From assembly GCA_016930675.1 (NCBI GenBank), contig JAFGGG010000003.1, positions 2,879 through 66,878 on the forward strand: 64,000 bases of DNA. The letters run 5' to 3'. Shown here piece by piece: positions 8,506 through 18,434 of the stretch. A model generated the notes under the pieces. It saw only the letters and a list, made by a program, of their open reading frames with translations. It was not told the DNA's origin and did not search any database. The stretch comes from Spirochaetales bacterium (GTDB lineage Bacteria > Spirochaetota > Spirochaetia > SZUA-6 > RPPD01). Both the position numbers and the translations under genes were made by a program. The first letter of the stretch is position 1. Every line of letters starts with the position of its first letter.

Positions 8506-10302
8506 CTACTCTTTCTCCATTGGAATATCTATAAAAAAAGTAGTACCTATATTCTTTTGACTCTCAAACCAGATATTACCTTTATGATCAAAAACAATCC
8601 GTTCCACGATCGAAAGCCCCAATCCGGCGCCTCCTTTTTTTGTCGTGAAATAGGGATCAAATACCGACTGTTTTATACTTTCCTCAATGCCAACCCCTGT
8701 ATCTCGCACCTGTATTCTACAGTAATTAGTTTTTTCCTTTTTGACAAGATCCGCACGTATAAAAATTGTTCCTCCGGAAGGCATTGCCTGTATAGCATTG
8801 AGAAGCAGATTGGCAAATACCTGTTTAAACTGATTATAATCAATAAACACAAGGATATTCGCATCGATATTTTTTATTTCAATTTTGATATTTGAAGCGA
8901 TATTATTGTAAAGCGAAGCCGCTTCTTTTACTAATTTTTTTAAATTGATTTTTTCTTGTCTGGGCTCCGGCAGCTTGGCAAAATCACTGAAGTCCTTTAA
9001 TAACTTATTAAGATTTTCCACCTCACCGATTATGGCTGCTACAGATGATTCGATTACCTTTTTAAGCTCCTCATTATCATGTGCTTTTAAATCTTCATAT
9101 TTCCTTTGAATTCTTTGAGCGGATAACTTTATAGGAGTAAGCGGATTCTTGATCTCATGTGCCAATCGCTGCGCAATCTCCTGCCACGCCGCGATCTTTT
9201 CTGCTTGTAAGAGTTTCTTCTTGGAAATCTCCAATTCTGAAACCATTCTGTTAAACGATTTGATTAGATTGGAAAGCTCGTCACTCGAACGCGATAAAAT
9301 ACGGATTGAAAAATCGCCTTGAGCAACCCGCTCGGTAGCTATTTCCAGATTAAAAATCGGCCGAATAATTTCTTCTGCCAGGAAAAAACTCACTAAAATA
9401 GCAAGCAGGAGAATGGGAAAAGAGAATAAACAATAGAAAATAATTATAACGAATTGAAATGTATCTTTAAATAATTCCAACTGCGTGAAAAGTTCTCTTG
9501 CCGCGCTCAATTGCGTTGTCTTTTGATCAAATCCTTTAGGCAGCACCAGCCCGAATAACACAAAATACGTGCGTCTTCCCAGAGTTAATTTATATAAATA
9601 CCTAAGAATTGTGATATCACCCCGCTCGTCTTTAGGAAGTTTGCCTAGTTTATCCGAGATATCGGAAAAATTTTCCCAACGCCCCTGCTCAGCATCCTGA
9701 TTTTCCGCTGTAAAATAATATTCTTCTCCATTTGAATTAAACACCTGTAAAAACTGTATTTCCGGATTGACATCTCGCAGGGTTTGCCACACTTTTTCAG
9801 GACTGGTCGGCGTCTCCCGTAATAAATAAGGCAAAAGATCGCTTTTCCCGAATTTCTCCAGATTCATGGATTTACTATTATAATAATCTAAAGCAATACT
9901 CAAAGCATTATTTACAACATCACTCATCCTAATCACAACTTCTGAGTTGAGAACTGAATTGATGAAAATAATTGAAAGCGTAGTCTGGGGAATAGCAGAA
10001 AGCAATGCAATAAAAATAAAAAACAGAATAAGCCTGGTTTTAAACCGGGCTCCTGATTTTTTGGAAGTCCTTTCCTTAAGCAACTTAATTACATTATATA
10101 TTATAGCTATGAGTAAAATAATCGGAAGTATAATGATGATTGTAAAGATCATTATATTTGTAAAAGGATTACTTCTTGAAATAGTGAGGATAATCTGCTG
10201 AAAGAAAAGAATTATTATGCCTATAAGCAGCATATAAAAAATGACCAGTACCAGGAGAATTATCGACGATGAACGTCCTGAATATTTAATCCTCATATTC
10301 AT
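8506..10302 (-). CDS. sensor histidine kinase, NtrY-like
   Basis: It has N-terminal TM segments, a HAMP-like linker, a HisKA H-box (LAHEIKNPLTPI) and an HATPase domain (DTGVGI, GGAGLGLSIV). Confidence 0.85.
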   Translation of the reverse strand: MNMRIKYSGRSSSIILLVLVIFYMLLIGIIILFFQQIILTISRSNPFTNIMIFTIIIILPIILLIAIIYNVIKLLKERTSKKSGARFKTRLILFFIFIALLSAIPQTTLSIIFINSVLNSEVVIRMSDVVNNALSIALDYYNSKSMNLEKFGKSDLLPYLLRETPTSPEKVWQTLRDVNPEIQFLQVFNSNGEEYYFTAENQDAEQGRWENFSDISDKLGKLPKDERGDITILRYLYKLTLGRRTYFVLFGLVLPKGFDQKTTQLSAARELFTQLELFKDTFQFVIIIFYCLFSFPILLLAILVSFFLAEEIIRPIFNLEIATERVAQGDFSIRILSRSSDELSNLIKSFNRMVSELEISKKKLLQAEKIAAWQEIAQRLAHEIKNPLTPIKLSAQRIQRKYEDLKAHDNEELKKVIESSVAAIIGEVENLNKLLKDFSDFAKLPEPRQEKINLKKLVKEAASLYNNIASNIKIEIKNIDANILVFIDYNQFKQVFANLLLNAIQAMPSGGTIFIRADLVKKEKTNYCRIQVRDTGVGIEESIKQSVFDPYFTTKKGGAGLGLSIVERIVFDHKGNIWFESQKNIGTTFFIDIPMEKE

Positions 10303-10332
10303 TTACCTTTACTTCAGAAAAAGCCACCGCCT

Positions 10333-10920
10333 CTACTGGTGGTATGTTGATGGTGATAATTCCATTCTTACCCAAGGACTTAGAAATCTCCCTTTAAAAG
10401 GCAAAAAAGATAAAATGGTAAATGGGGGAATCAGTTTCACCGAATCAAGTTGAACTCGCACAAGCATATAATACCCGGAAACTTCAGATTCTTCTATACC
10501 CTGCAGGATAAAATCATTCAGAGTTAAAAATGTCTTAAAAAACTGTTCAAAACTTTTAAAGCCGGTTTTTTCCCCCCGCCAGGATTCGATAACATATTCG
10601 TCATCAAAAAAATCTTTATACGCTACAGACGAAGGATTATACTCCGCAACCAGACGGTCCCCTAAAAACGCAAACAGCCCTTCGGATCTTTCATAAATTT
10701 TAATGGAAAACGTAATGTGCGATTTAAGTCCGTCATTCAAAGCTTCCAGGACCGCCTGTTTCCCGCTGCTTGTGAAGGTAACCGTTAAAGCAACGGATTC
10801 ATTATAAAAGCTAATACCTGCTACAGCACGGTCCGCCGCAAGGGAGAATAATATGACACAGCCAAATATTATTAATAAAAAAATTAAAAAACAATTAGTC
10901 TTCTTCAAATTTTTTCTCAA
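10333..10920 (-). CDS. secreted protein, DUF4390-like, a typical partner of NtrY-type kinases
   Basis: It has a signal/TM segment, and its size and position immediately upstream of the kinase fit. The family assignment is from memory of synteny only. Confidence 0.45.
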   Translation of the reverse strand: MRKNLKKTNCFLIFLLIIFGCVILFSLAADRAVAGISFYNESVALTVTFTSSGKQAVLEALNDGLKSHITFSIKIYERSEGLFAFLGDRLVAEYNPSSVAYKDFFDDEYVIESWRGEKTGFKSFEQFFKTFLTLNDFILQGIEESEVSGYYMLVRVQLDSVKLIPPFTILSFLPFKGRFLSPWVRMELSPSTYHQ

Positions 10921-11161
10921 AAAGTGCTACTATTGCTTGTAAAGCCTTGTCTTCATCATCTCCTTCTACAATTACTTTTATCTCGGAATTATACACTGCT
11001 CCCAATGTTATCACACCCATGATAGATTTACCATTAACCCTTTCATTATTCCGCTCTAAAAAAACAGATGAGGAGAATTTACTTGCTGTCTGTACTAAAA
11101 GCGCCGCCGGCCTGGCATGGATTCCGGCTCGATTTTTTACTAATACTGTTTCTTCCTTCAT
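10895..11161 (-). CDS. ptsH: phosphocarrier protein HPr
   Basis: 88 aa. It has GIHARPA (His15 site) and NGKSIMGV (Ser46 site). Confidence 0.9.
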   Translation of the reverse strand: MKEETVLVKNRAGIHARPAALLVQTASKFSSSVFLERNNERVNGKSIMGVITLGAVYNSEIKVIVEGDDEDKALQAIVALFEKKFEED

Positions 11162-11199
11162 AGTGATTATATAATAAAAATAGAGATTTATTTATTACA

Positions 11200-11284
11200 G
11201 CGATTCTAAATTTGCACCATAGCGACACAATTCATTAACATGTGTCTATAAAATAGCCCTATAATCGGGCAAATTCAGAATCGC
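11200..11284. repeat. inverted repeat and structured spacer between hprK and ptsH
   Basis: GCGATTCTAAATTTGC (11200-11215) is the reverse complement, with 1 mismatch, of GCAAATTCAGAATCGC (11269-11284). An inner hairpin GACACA..TGTGTC lies between them. The right arm belongs to a 25-nt motif that recurs at 21706-21730. Confidence 0.4.
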
Positions 11285-11339
11285 TATCGCCAATTTATTA
11301 AAAATCAATTCTCCTTTTTTAAAATGAGAATTGCTGTAT

Positions 11340-12314
11340 TTATTGGCTTTCAAAATATACGGAACGGGCTCTTTCTGTTTCAAGCCAATTCATGATACTG
11401 CGACTAAATTCTTTAGCCGAATGATATCCCAATTTTTTCAATCTTTCATTCATAGCACCGGTTTCGATTATAATAGGAATATTTCTTCCCGGTTTCACAG
11501 GAATTTGCAGATAGGGCACCGCTACACCCAGCAGTTCGATTGTACTGTCTTCAGAGCCGATTCTATCATATGTTTTATTGGTGTCCCATTCCTCCAACTG
11601 TACCAACAGTTGAATCTGTTTTTTATCCCTGATGGCTCCGACCCCGAATAAATGCGTAACATTAATTATACCCAATCCTCTTATTTCCATATGATGACTG
11701 GCTATAACATTAACACCCTTACCCATTAAAAAATTCCCACCTACACAACGTACCTCAACAGCATCATCCGCTACCAATCTGTGTCCCCGTTCAATAAGTT
11801 CCAGCGCGATTTCACTCTTTCCCACACCGCTCTCTCCTTGGATAAGCACACCGATACCAAAAACCTCAACCAGCACGCCATGAACATTTTTTTTGGGCGC
11901 GAAAATATTGCTTAATACTCTCATGATTCTTGTGGAGAACTCGGAAGAGGAAAGATCGGTTTGTAAGATCGGACACCCTGATTCCTCTGCCAGAGAAAAA
12001 AACTGAGGCGGTGGTTCCAGATTACTGGTAAAAACACAACAGGGCAATGTAAATGAAAACATTTTTTTTATATTCGAAAGCTTTTTTTCTTTCTCAAGTT
12101 TGCACAGATAAGACGTCTCTCCGCGACCAAAAATTTGCAGTCGCTGTTCGGCGAAGCTGTCGAAAAAACCGCCTAAAGCCAATCCCGGCCTGTTTAATTC
12201 CGGCATTTTTATCTCTCTGATAAGCCCGGGTCGGCCTCCTAGACATTTAAGATTCAAGGCATCATGCTCTTTTAAATCCAATTGCAGTAAATCTAATACC
12301 GTAAACTTTTCCAT
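11340..12314 (-). CDS. hprK: HPr kinase/phosphorylase
   Basis: It has a Walker A GESGVGKSE, and the length and sequence are typical of HprK/P. Confidence 0.92.
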   Translation of the reverse strand: MEKFTVLDLLQLDLKEHDALNLKCLGGRPGLIREIKMPELNRPGLALGGFFDSFAEQRLQIFGRGETSYLCKLEKEKKLSNIKKMFSFTLPCCVFTSNLEPPPQFFSLAEESGCPILQTDLSSSEFSTRIMRVLSNIFAPKKNVHGVLVEVFGIGVLIQGESGVGKSEIALELIERGHRLVADDAVEVRCVGGNFLMGKGVNVIASHHMEIRGLGIINVTHLFGVGAIRDKKQIQLLVQLEEWDTNKTYDRIGSEDSTIELLGVAVPYLQIPVKPGRNIPIIIETGAMNERLKKLGYHSAKEFSRSIMNWLETERARSVYFESQ

Positions 12315-12335
12315 ATGCTTACTCCCGGCAAAATT

Positions 12336-12629
12336 TTATTTATGCTCCTGTATTTTTTCCTTTTCCTTATGTATTTTCACTTCCATCTTATTAAATAATT
12401 TATCAATTCCTTCCAACACATCAAAATCCCGGACATGTAGATGAGCCGACGTTCCCCATTGAAAATAAATCGAGACTTCCAGTTTAAAATCCTTTTTTTC
12501 TTTAATAATCGTGAAGATAATATCAATTATTTTTTCCTTGATAAAATCAATCTTATGTAATTTTCTATCTATTGTCTGCTTCTCAATATCCGAAATGTCA
12601 TAATGTACACCTCTAATATCGATATTCAT
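12336..12629 (-). CDS. hpf: ribosome hibernation promoting factor / sigma-54 modulation protein
   Basis: 97 aa. The start is MNIDIRGVHYDISD and it lies directly downstream of rpoN. Confidence 0.8.
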   Translation of the reverse strand: MNIDIRGVHYDISDIEKQTIDRKLHKIDFIKEKIIDIIFTIIKEKKDFKLEVSIYFQWGTSAHLHVRDFDVLEGIDKLFNKMEVKIHKEKEKIQEHK

Positions 12630-14035
12630 ATTTCTTCCTCCAATTTTTTTCTTTGAAATGATGACATTATTCCCAGTTCTTTTCTATATTTTGAAATTGT
12701 GCGTCTGGCTATTTTTATACCTCTATTGGCCAGAATATCAACAATCCTATTATCACTCAAGTTTGCTTCACCGCCCTCATTCTGGATTATTTCTTTGATT
12801 ATTTGTTTTACACCCTCTTTTGAAAAACGCGAACCGGTTGAACCTGAACCGGAAATGGAATTAGTGAAAAAATATTTCAATTCAAATATACCAAACTCTG
12901 TTTGAACATATTTCCCATTAGTAATACGGGATACGGTAGCTTCATGAACGCCTATCTCCTGAGAGATATCTTTGAGTGTCAGCGGTACCAAATATTTAGA
13001 TCCTCTTCTAAAAAACTCACGTTGGAACTCAACAACGGCTTTGCAAACCTTGAGGAGAGTATTGTTGCGTTGATTAATGCTTTTTATGAACCACTTGGCA
13101 TCATTAATACTTGAAGTAACAAACAGTTTGGCATCTTTTTCCTCGCCATGCTTCGTGCTGCTTTTAATCTTATTAAAAAAGGGATTAATCCCCAGCACGG
13201 GTATGTCTTCATCGTTCAAGATTATGTGGAACTCTCCTTCTTTAATGATTACCCGCACATCCGGAATAACATATTTAGCGGTTTCCGTAGCAAAATTTCT
13301 GCCCGGAAGCGGCTCCAGAGTTCGGATAAACTGTAAAACACTCTTCATCTTTTCATCTGAAATGCGTAATCCCTTTACAATCTCTTTATATTTACCCTTT
13401 TCCAAATGTTCCAGATATTGATCAACCACCTGATAACTCAACGGATGAGGTTCGGGATGATTCTCGATTTGAACAAGCAATGCTTCTTTATAATCCTTTG
13501 TACACACCCCGACAGGATCAAATCCCTGAATCATTTTCATCATATGATAAAGAATATCTAGATCATCTTCTTTTACCAACAGCTCCGGAGGTTCGATGTG
13601 AAATCCGTTTTCATCCAGATTGAGGATGAGCATTTCACCAACATTATACCACTTGTCGGAAATCGGCTGCAGTTTAAGCTGCCAAAGCAGATGATCATGG
13701 AGAGATTCAGGCCTGGTCAACACGCCCTCAATAAACTTTCTTTTTAAATCCTCCGAACTATTGCGCTGATTGGAGATATACCCTGAATCGGAGGTCTCAT
13801 CAAAAAAATCATAATCATCGGAACTGCGCGAAGACACCTCATCAAAGGATTCCAAAGCTTTATCTTCTATGATTTCCAAAGCGGGATTTTTTTCAATCTC
13901 CTCCCGTATGCACAAACGCAAATCCTGAATAGGCAAAGCCATTATCTTTATTGCCTGATAAAGCTGAGGAGTCATCTTGAGTTTCTGCTCTTGTTTTAGT
14001 ACATGCTTCTGGATTTGCACTCTATTCCTCCACAT
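12626..14035 (-). CDS. rpoN: RNA polymerase sigma-54 factor
   Basis: Region I is MTPQLYQAIKIMALP. The C-terminal part has an RpoN box-like ARRTISKYR and an HTH (ISQEIGVHEATVSR). Confidence 0.93.
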   Translation of the reverse strand: MWRNRVQIQKHVLKQEQKLKMTPQLYQAIKIMALPIQDLRLCIREEIEKNPALEIIEDKALESFDEVSSRSSDDYDFFDETSDSGYISNQRNSSEDLKRKFIEGVLTRPESLHDHLLWQLKLQPISDKWYNVGEMLILNLDENGFHIEPPELLVKEDDLDILYHMMKMIQGFDPVGVCTKDYKEALLVQIENHPEPHPLSYQVVDQYLEHLEKGKYKEIVKGLRISDEKMKSVLQFIRTLEPLPGRNFATETAKYVIPDVRVIIKEGEFHIILNDEDIPVLGINPFFNKIKSSTKHGEEKDAKLFVTSSINDAKWFIKSINQRNNTLLKVCKAVVEFQREFFRRGSKYLVPLTLKDISQEIGVHEATVSRITNGKYVQTEFGIFELKYFFTNSISGSGSTGSRFSKEGVKQIIKEIIQNEGGEANLSDNRIVDILANRGIKIARRTISKYRKELGIMSSFQRKKLEEEI

Positions 14036-14088
14036 CCGCCTCTACTTTAATTCTTCTCTAAATCTTATCAATTTTCCACTCATTTTGC

Positions 14089-14874
14089 TTACATATCAAA
14101 ATCATGTCCCAAATATATACTGCGAGCTATTTTGCTTTTTAGAAGCTGTTTTTTTGTGCCGCATGTTACGATTTCTCCCAAGTTTATAATATACGATCTC
14201 TCGGTAATTTCCAATGTATAATGAACACTGTGATCGGTTATCAGGACTCCGATCCCTTTCTTAGACAGATCTTTCACTATTTTTTTAATTTCCGATACGG
14301 CTATAGGATCTATTCCTGCGAACGGCTCATCCAATAATAGAAATTTGGGTTCAATGGCTAACGCCCTGGCGATCTCAGTTCTCCTTCTCTCCCCCCCCGA
14401 AAGCGTATAGGCCTTCTGTTTTCGGATATGGTTTATTCCAAGTTCTTCCAAGAGATAATCCAGCTTTTCTTTTTTTTGCTGAGCGTTGAGATCTTTTCTT
14501 ACCTCTAAAACCGCCCACACATTATTTTCAACCGACAGCTTCCTGAATATCGATGCTTCTTGCGGCAGATATGAGATACCTTCCCGCGCTCGAATATACA
14601 TGGGCTGATAGGTTATATCCTTGCCGTCCAAAAATATTTTGCCCGCGGTCGGACGAATAAAGCCCACTATCATATAAAAAATAGTGGTTTTTCCGGCGCC
14701 GTTAGGCCCCAGCAGCCCTACGATCTCACCTACATTCATGGAAAAATTGACATCATTTACCGCGACCTTTTTACCGAATCGCCTGACCAATCCGCTGACA
14801 GACAGAGAGCTTTTATTGGACTTCACTTTTATTTTCACTTTGGTTTCCACTATCTTCTTCCTCAAATGGTTCAT
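14089..14874 (-). CDS. lptB: LPS export ABC transporter ATP-binding protein
   Basis: It has Walker A GPNGAGKTT, the signature LSGGERRR and Walker B LLLDEP. The true start may be an internal GTG (14838 or 14826), because the long form overlaps lptA by 62 nt. Confidence 0.9.
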   Translation of the reverse strand: MNHLRKKIVETKVKIKVKSNKSSLSVSGLVRRFGKKVAVNDVNFSMNVGEIVGLLGPNGAGKTTIFYMIVGFIRPTAGKIFLDGKDITYQPMYIRAREGISYLPQEASIFRKLSVENNVWAVLEVRKDLNAQQKKEKLDYLLEELGINHIRKQKAYTLSGGERRRTEIARALAIEPKFLLLDEPFAGIDPIAVSEIKKIVKDLSKKGIGVLITDHSVHYTLEITERSYIINLGEIVTCGTKKQLLKSKIARSIYLGHDFDM

Positions 14875-15538
14875 CTATGGGTTTCTCTTGATCGACCGGT
14901 TGCTTGTCTTGCTTTGTAGTTTCTTCCTCTTCGGAGGTGATCTCACCGGACACATCCCCTTCCAGAGTGATCTCATCCTTATCCAAATCTATATAGATTT
15001 TAGAAGCCCTGTATTCATCCCCTTTCCAGTGCACAATGGGCATACCCGAGAGCTCTAGTTTATCCTCTTTTCTGAGGTAGCGGGCGAACTCAGAACGGCA
15101 GACCATATCCTCTTTTAATATCCTCACTCCGATCTGAATAATAGTAATCTCCTGCTCTTCATTATCTTCAATAAATCCACCTTTTACTACAATCTCGTTT
15201 TCACGATCTACCATTACCGCATTTCCCTGCATGCGTGATTTCTTTAATTTACGGTCATAAAACATCTTTTCACAGGTAAGGTCAATTCCTTTTTTTGTGT
15301 TAATAAGACGTACATTTCCCGTACACAGTACATAAGTATTATCTTTTCCGAAAAGTTCTATCGAATGCGCGGTAATGTGATTGTCGTCGGAAACAACCCT
15401 TGCATTCCCGGTTAAGAGAGTCCGCTCTTTTCCTTTGGCGAAAATAGTCTGAACTCTATTCCCGGAAAAATGAAATACTTCCGTGAAAATAAGACTCCCG
15501 CAAAGGCAAAAAATCAAAAAAATACTACTCTTCTTCAT
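14813..15538 (-). CDS. lptA: LptA/OstA-like periplasmic LPS transport protein
   Basis: It has a signal peptide, an OstA-type repetitive beta-jellyroll sequence, and sits between lptC and lptB. The C-terminal tail is acidic. Confidence 0.7.
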   Translation of the reverse strand: MKKSSIFLIFCLCGSLIFTEVFHFSGNRVQTIFAKGKERTLLTGNARVVSDDNHITAHSIELFGKDNTYVLCTGNVRLINTKKGIDLTCEKMFYDRKLKKSRMQGNAVMVDRENEIVVKGGFIEDNEEQEITIIQIGVRILKEDMVCRSEFARYLRKEDKLELSGMPIVHWKGDEYRASKIYIDLDKDEITLEGDVSGEITSEEEETTKQDKQPVDQEKPIDEPFEEEDSGNQSENKSEVQ

Positions 15539-16097
15539 CTTCTCTCACTATTTTTCCCCATACTTGTGATAAAAAAGAAACAGACTTTCTGCGCAAATCA
15601 GCCATGAACCCTCTTCCCTGAATAAACGAACCGTCATCTTTATTAATCTTTACGAGCTCCTCAGGTTTTGATTGAAGAATCTTTGTCTCTTTTTCCCAGG
15701 TAAGGCTGGGAGTGAAAATCTCCGCTCCCTCTTTGGCGGAATAAAAATAAACATTACCCCAAATTTCAGCGTTCTCGCTGTCTCTGAAAAAGCGGGCATT
15801 ATCCGCCCACCCTTCAGTGACAATTTTACCCTCATAATCATACTCATAGAAATGTACTTTTGTAAGTGATGTTAACTGATTTTTCTTAAAAATCATAGCA
15901 ACTTCAGCTTCAATTTGAAATACCTTTTTATTATCATCAACCACTATATGCTTGAAATTAATCAATACCGTATCCGGAATCTGCTCTTCAAGCTTCTCAC
16001 TCTCAAAAGCGCCTTTATAATCTAGGCTGCATCCCGTTAAGCAGAGATACCCTATAATAACTATAAAAGAAAATCTAAACATTTCCAAGACAAGCAC
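15525..16097 (-). CDS. lptC: LptC-like protein
   Basis: 190 aa with an N-terminal anchor, positioned upstream of lptA-lptB. Confidence 0.6.
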   Translation of the reverse strand: MLVLEMFRFSFIVIIGYLCLTGCSLDYKGAFESEKLEEQIPDTVLINFKHIVVDDNKKVFQIEAEVAMIFKKNQLTSLTKVHFYEYDYEGKIVTEGWADNARFFRDSENAEIWGNVYFYSAKEGAEIFTPSLTWEKETKILQSKPEELVKINKDDGSFIQGRGFMADLRRKSVSFLSQVWGKIVREDEEE

Positions 16098-17682
16098 CTA
16101 TGAAATGAGCAAACAGCGGATGGGGAATATCCGGCTTTGAAATAAACTCAGGATGAAACTGAACACCTATTCCCCAACAATGGTTATCCCACTCCACCGC
16201 TTCTACTAATTCTCTGTTTACTGTAGTAGCACTGATAATTAATCCAGCAGCTATTAGACTATCTCTATAATTATTTGCTACCTCATAGCGATGACGGTGC
16301 CGCTCATATATTTTTGGTTTTTTATAAATAGCATTAAGCTTACTGCCGTTCTGTATAAAAGAAGGACTCCTGCCCAAACGCATGCTGCCGCCTAAGGCTT
16401 TAATATTCTGCTGTTCTTCAAGTAAACTGATGACCGGATGCGTGGTCTGCTGCTCAAACTCCGTGCTATTGGCACCAAATAATGCCAAGACATTGCGCGC
16501 GTATTCAATTACCATTACCTGCATACCCAGACAGATTCCAAAATAAGGAAGATTATGAGTGCGCGCATAATGTGAGGCACATATCATTCCTTCGATGCCC
16601 CGCTGACCGAATCCGCCGGGCACTAAGATTCCTTGAACCTTTTCAAACACATCCGAAATATCCTTTTTATTTTCAATCGCTTCGGAATCGATTTTTACCA
16701 GTTCCACTCTCGCATTATTCTTCATGCCGCCGTGCACTAATGCTTCAAAAATCGATTTATAGGAATCATGTAGCTCTAAATATTTGCCGACAATACCTAT
16801 TTTTACTGATTTTGAAGCAGAAATATAAGAATGCACCAGGTTCTGCCATTGCTTTATTTTTTTATTGGTCGCTTTTGATGTAATATTAAGCTTTGTTAAT
16901 ATTATGCGATCAATCTTTTGTTGAGCGAAAATCAAAGGCACCTCATAGATTGTTGAAGGTACATTATAAGCTGAGAACACGGCTTCTTCAGATACATTTG
17001 TAAAAAGCGATATCTTCTGTTTCAATTTATCATTTAAAGGCTCCTCCGCCCGGCAAAGCAAAATATCAGGCTGAATACCTATTTCAAGCAGTTCTTTTAC
17101 AGAATGCTGGGTGGGTTTTGTTTTTAACTCTCCATTAGAAACAGTAGGTACCAATGTAAGATGAATATAAACTACATTGGCTTTTCCCACATCATGAATA
17201 AACTGCCTTGCGGCTTCCAAAAAAGGCACTGATTCTATATCGCCTACGGTTCCGCCGATTTCAATAATGGTAACATCAACTCCATCCTCATCTCCCACTC
17301 GCCGGATACGCTGTTTTATCTCATCAGTAATATGCGGGATAACCTGAACGGTTCGTCCTAAAAACCTGCCTTCCCGCTCTTTTTTAATTATCTCTTGATA
17401 TATCTGACCGGTAGTAATTGAATTATCCCTGCTTAAGGGACAATTTGTGAAACGGGCGTAATTACCAAGATCAAGATCGGTTTCCGCACCATCATCAGTC
17501 ACATACACCTCTCCGTGTTGATAAGGATTCATGGTTCCGGCATCCACATTAATATACGGATCAATTTTAATTAAGCGGATATTAAGCAGATTCCCTTCGA
17601 GCAGTTTGGCGATTGAGGCGGCGGCCAAACCTTTTCCCAAGCTAGAGCATACTCCTCCTGTGACAAAAATATATTTTCCCAT
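16075..17682 (-). CDS. pyrG: CTP synthase
   Basis: The start is MGKYIFVTGGVCSSLGKG and the C-terminus is a glutamine amidotransferase domain (GICLGMQ). Confidence 0.96.
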   Translation of the reverse strand: MGKYIFVTGGVCSSLGKGLAAASIAKLLEGNLLNIRLIKIDPYINVDAGTMNPYQHGEVYVTDDGAETDLDLGNYARFTNCPLSRDNSITTGQIYQEIIKKEREGRFLGRTVQVIPHITDEIKQRIRRVGDEDGVDVTIIEIGGTVGDIESVPFLEAARQFIHDVGKANVVYIHLTLVPTVSNGELKTKPTQHSVKELLEIGIQPDILLCRAEEPLNDKLKQKISLFTNVSEEAVFSAYNVPSTIYEVPLIFAQQKIDRIILTKLNITSKATNKKIKQWQNLVHSYISASKSVKIGIVGKYLELHDSYKSIFEALVHGGMKNNARVELVKIDSEAIENKKDISDVFEKVQGILVPGGFGQRGIEGMICASHYARTHNLPYFGICLGMQVMVIEYARNVLALFGANSTEFEQQTTHPVISLLEEQQNIKALGGSMRLGRSPSFIQNGSKLNAIYKKPKIYERHRHRYEVANNYRDSLIAAGLIISATTVNRELVEAVEWDNHCWGIGVQFHPEFISKPDIPHPLFAHFIGACLGNV

Positions 17683-17744
17683 CTACTTCGATATTATTGA
17701 TAGAAGAGGGGGTTCTGTCAATCAGAACGGGGATATTAAATTTA

Positions 17745-18209
17745 TTACTCTCGTGTGAAATTAGAATTGAGGGAAGGACAATCTTTATATATTATTTTAT
17801 TATTCACAAAAAGTCTTAGGCTCGGATGCATTACCAAAAGACCCTTGTGCAGCCTAACCGGAATACCCAAACGAACCACCAGGGCCAGACCATCACTAGG
17901 CCGTATTTCCATAGTATAGTGCCTTAATCCCTTTTTATATAAAAGCCTGGAATAGTATTTGTTTTCGATAAATGCATATATTTCCAAAGCCTGAATTTTA
18001 AAGCCGTGTTTCGTCAAAAAACGGATCATGAGATCGTGTGTGAGAGGACGGGGGGGTTTTATTCCTTCCAGTGCGATTATAATTGCATTAGCTTCCGATG
18101 GTCCGATATTAATAGGAAAACTATATGAATCATCCGCAGTCGACAGGACAACCTGCGGCTCTCCTGTTATCTGATCCAATAATATTCCTTTTATATGCAG
18201 CTGAATCAT
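17745..18209 (-). CDS. bifunctional nuclease (BFN/DUF151) family protein
   Basis: The block IGPSEANAIIIALEGIKPPRPLTHDL is typical of the family. Confidence 0.75.
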   Translation of the reverse strand: MIQLHIKGILLDQITGEPQVVLSTADDSYSFPINIGPSEANAIIIALEGIKPPRPLTHDLMIRFLTKHGFKIQALEIYAFIENKYYSRLLYKKGLRHYTMEIRPSDGLALVVRLGIPVRLHKGLLVMHPSLRLFVNNKIIYKDCPSLNSNFTRE

Positions 18210-18434
18210 GGTAATGCTATCCTCATATTAAATATAGCAGCAAGTTAATTAAAAATCTAAACAATTAATAAAAAATAAATTTTCCTTGAGCTCTATCAAG
18301 ACTTTATAACTCAGGCTTATCAAGGACGGCTATAGTTTTATTCATTGTCTATTGACTCCGTATTTGGTACATACTAAACTTTATGTGGATAACACGCTCT
18401 ATAATTCTTACTTATATAAACATAGAAGAGGATA

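Noticed and set aside
14813-14874. The 62-nt overlap between lptA and lptB considered as a possible recoding or fusion site.
   Set aside because: It is more simply explained by an over-extended lptB start. In-frame GTG codons at 14838 and 14826 give an N-terminus of normal length before the Walker A region.
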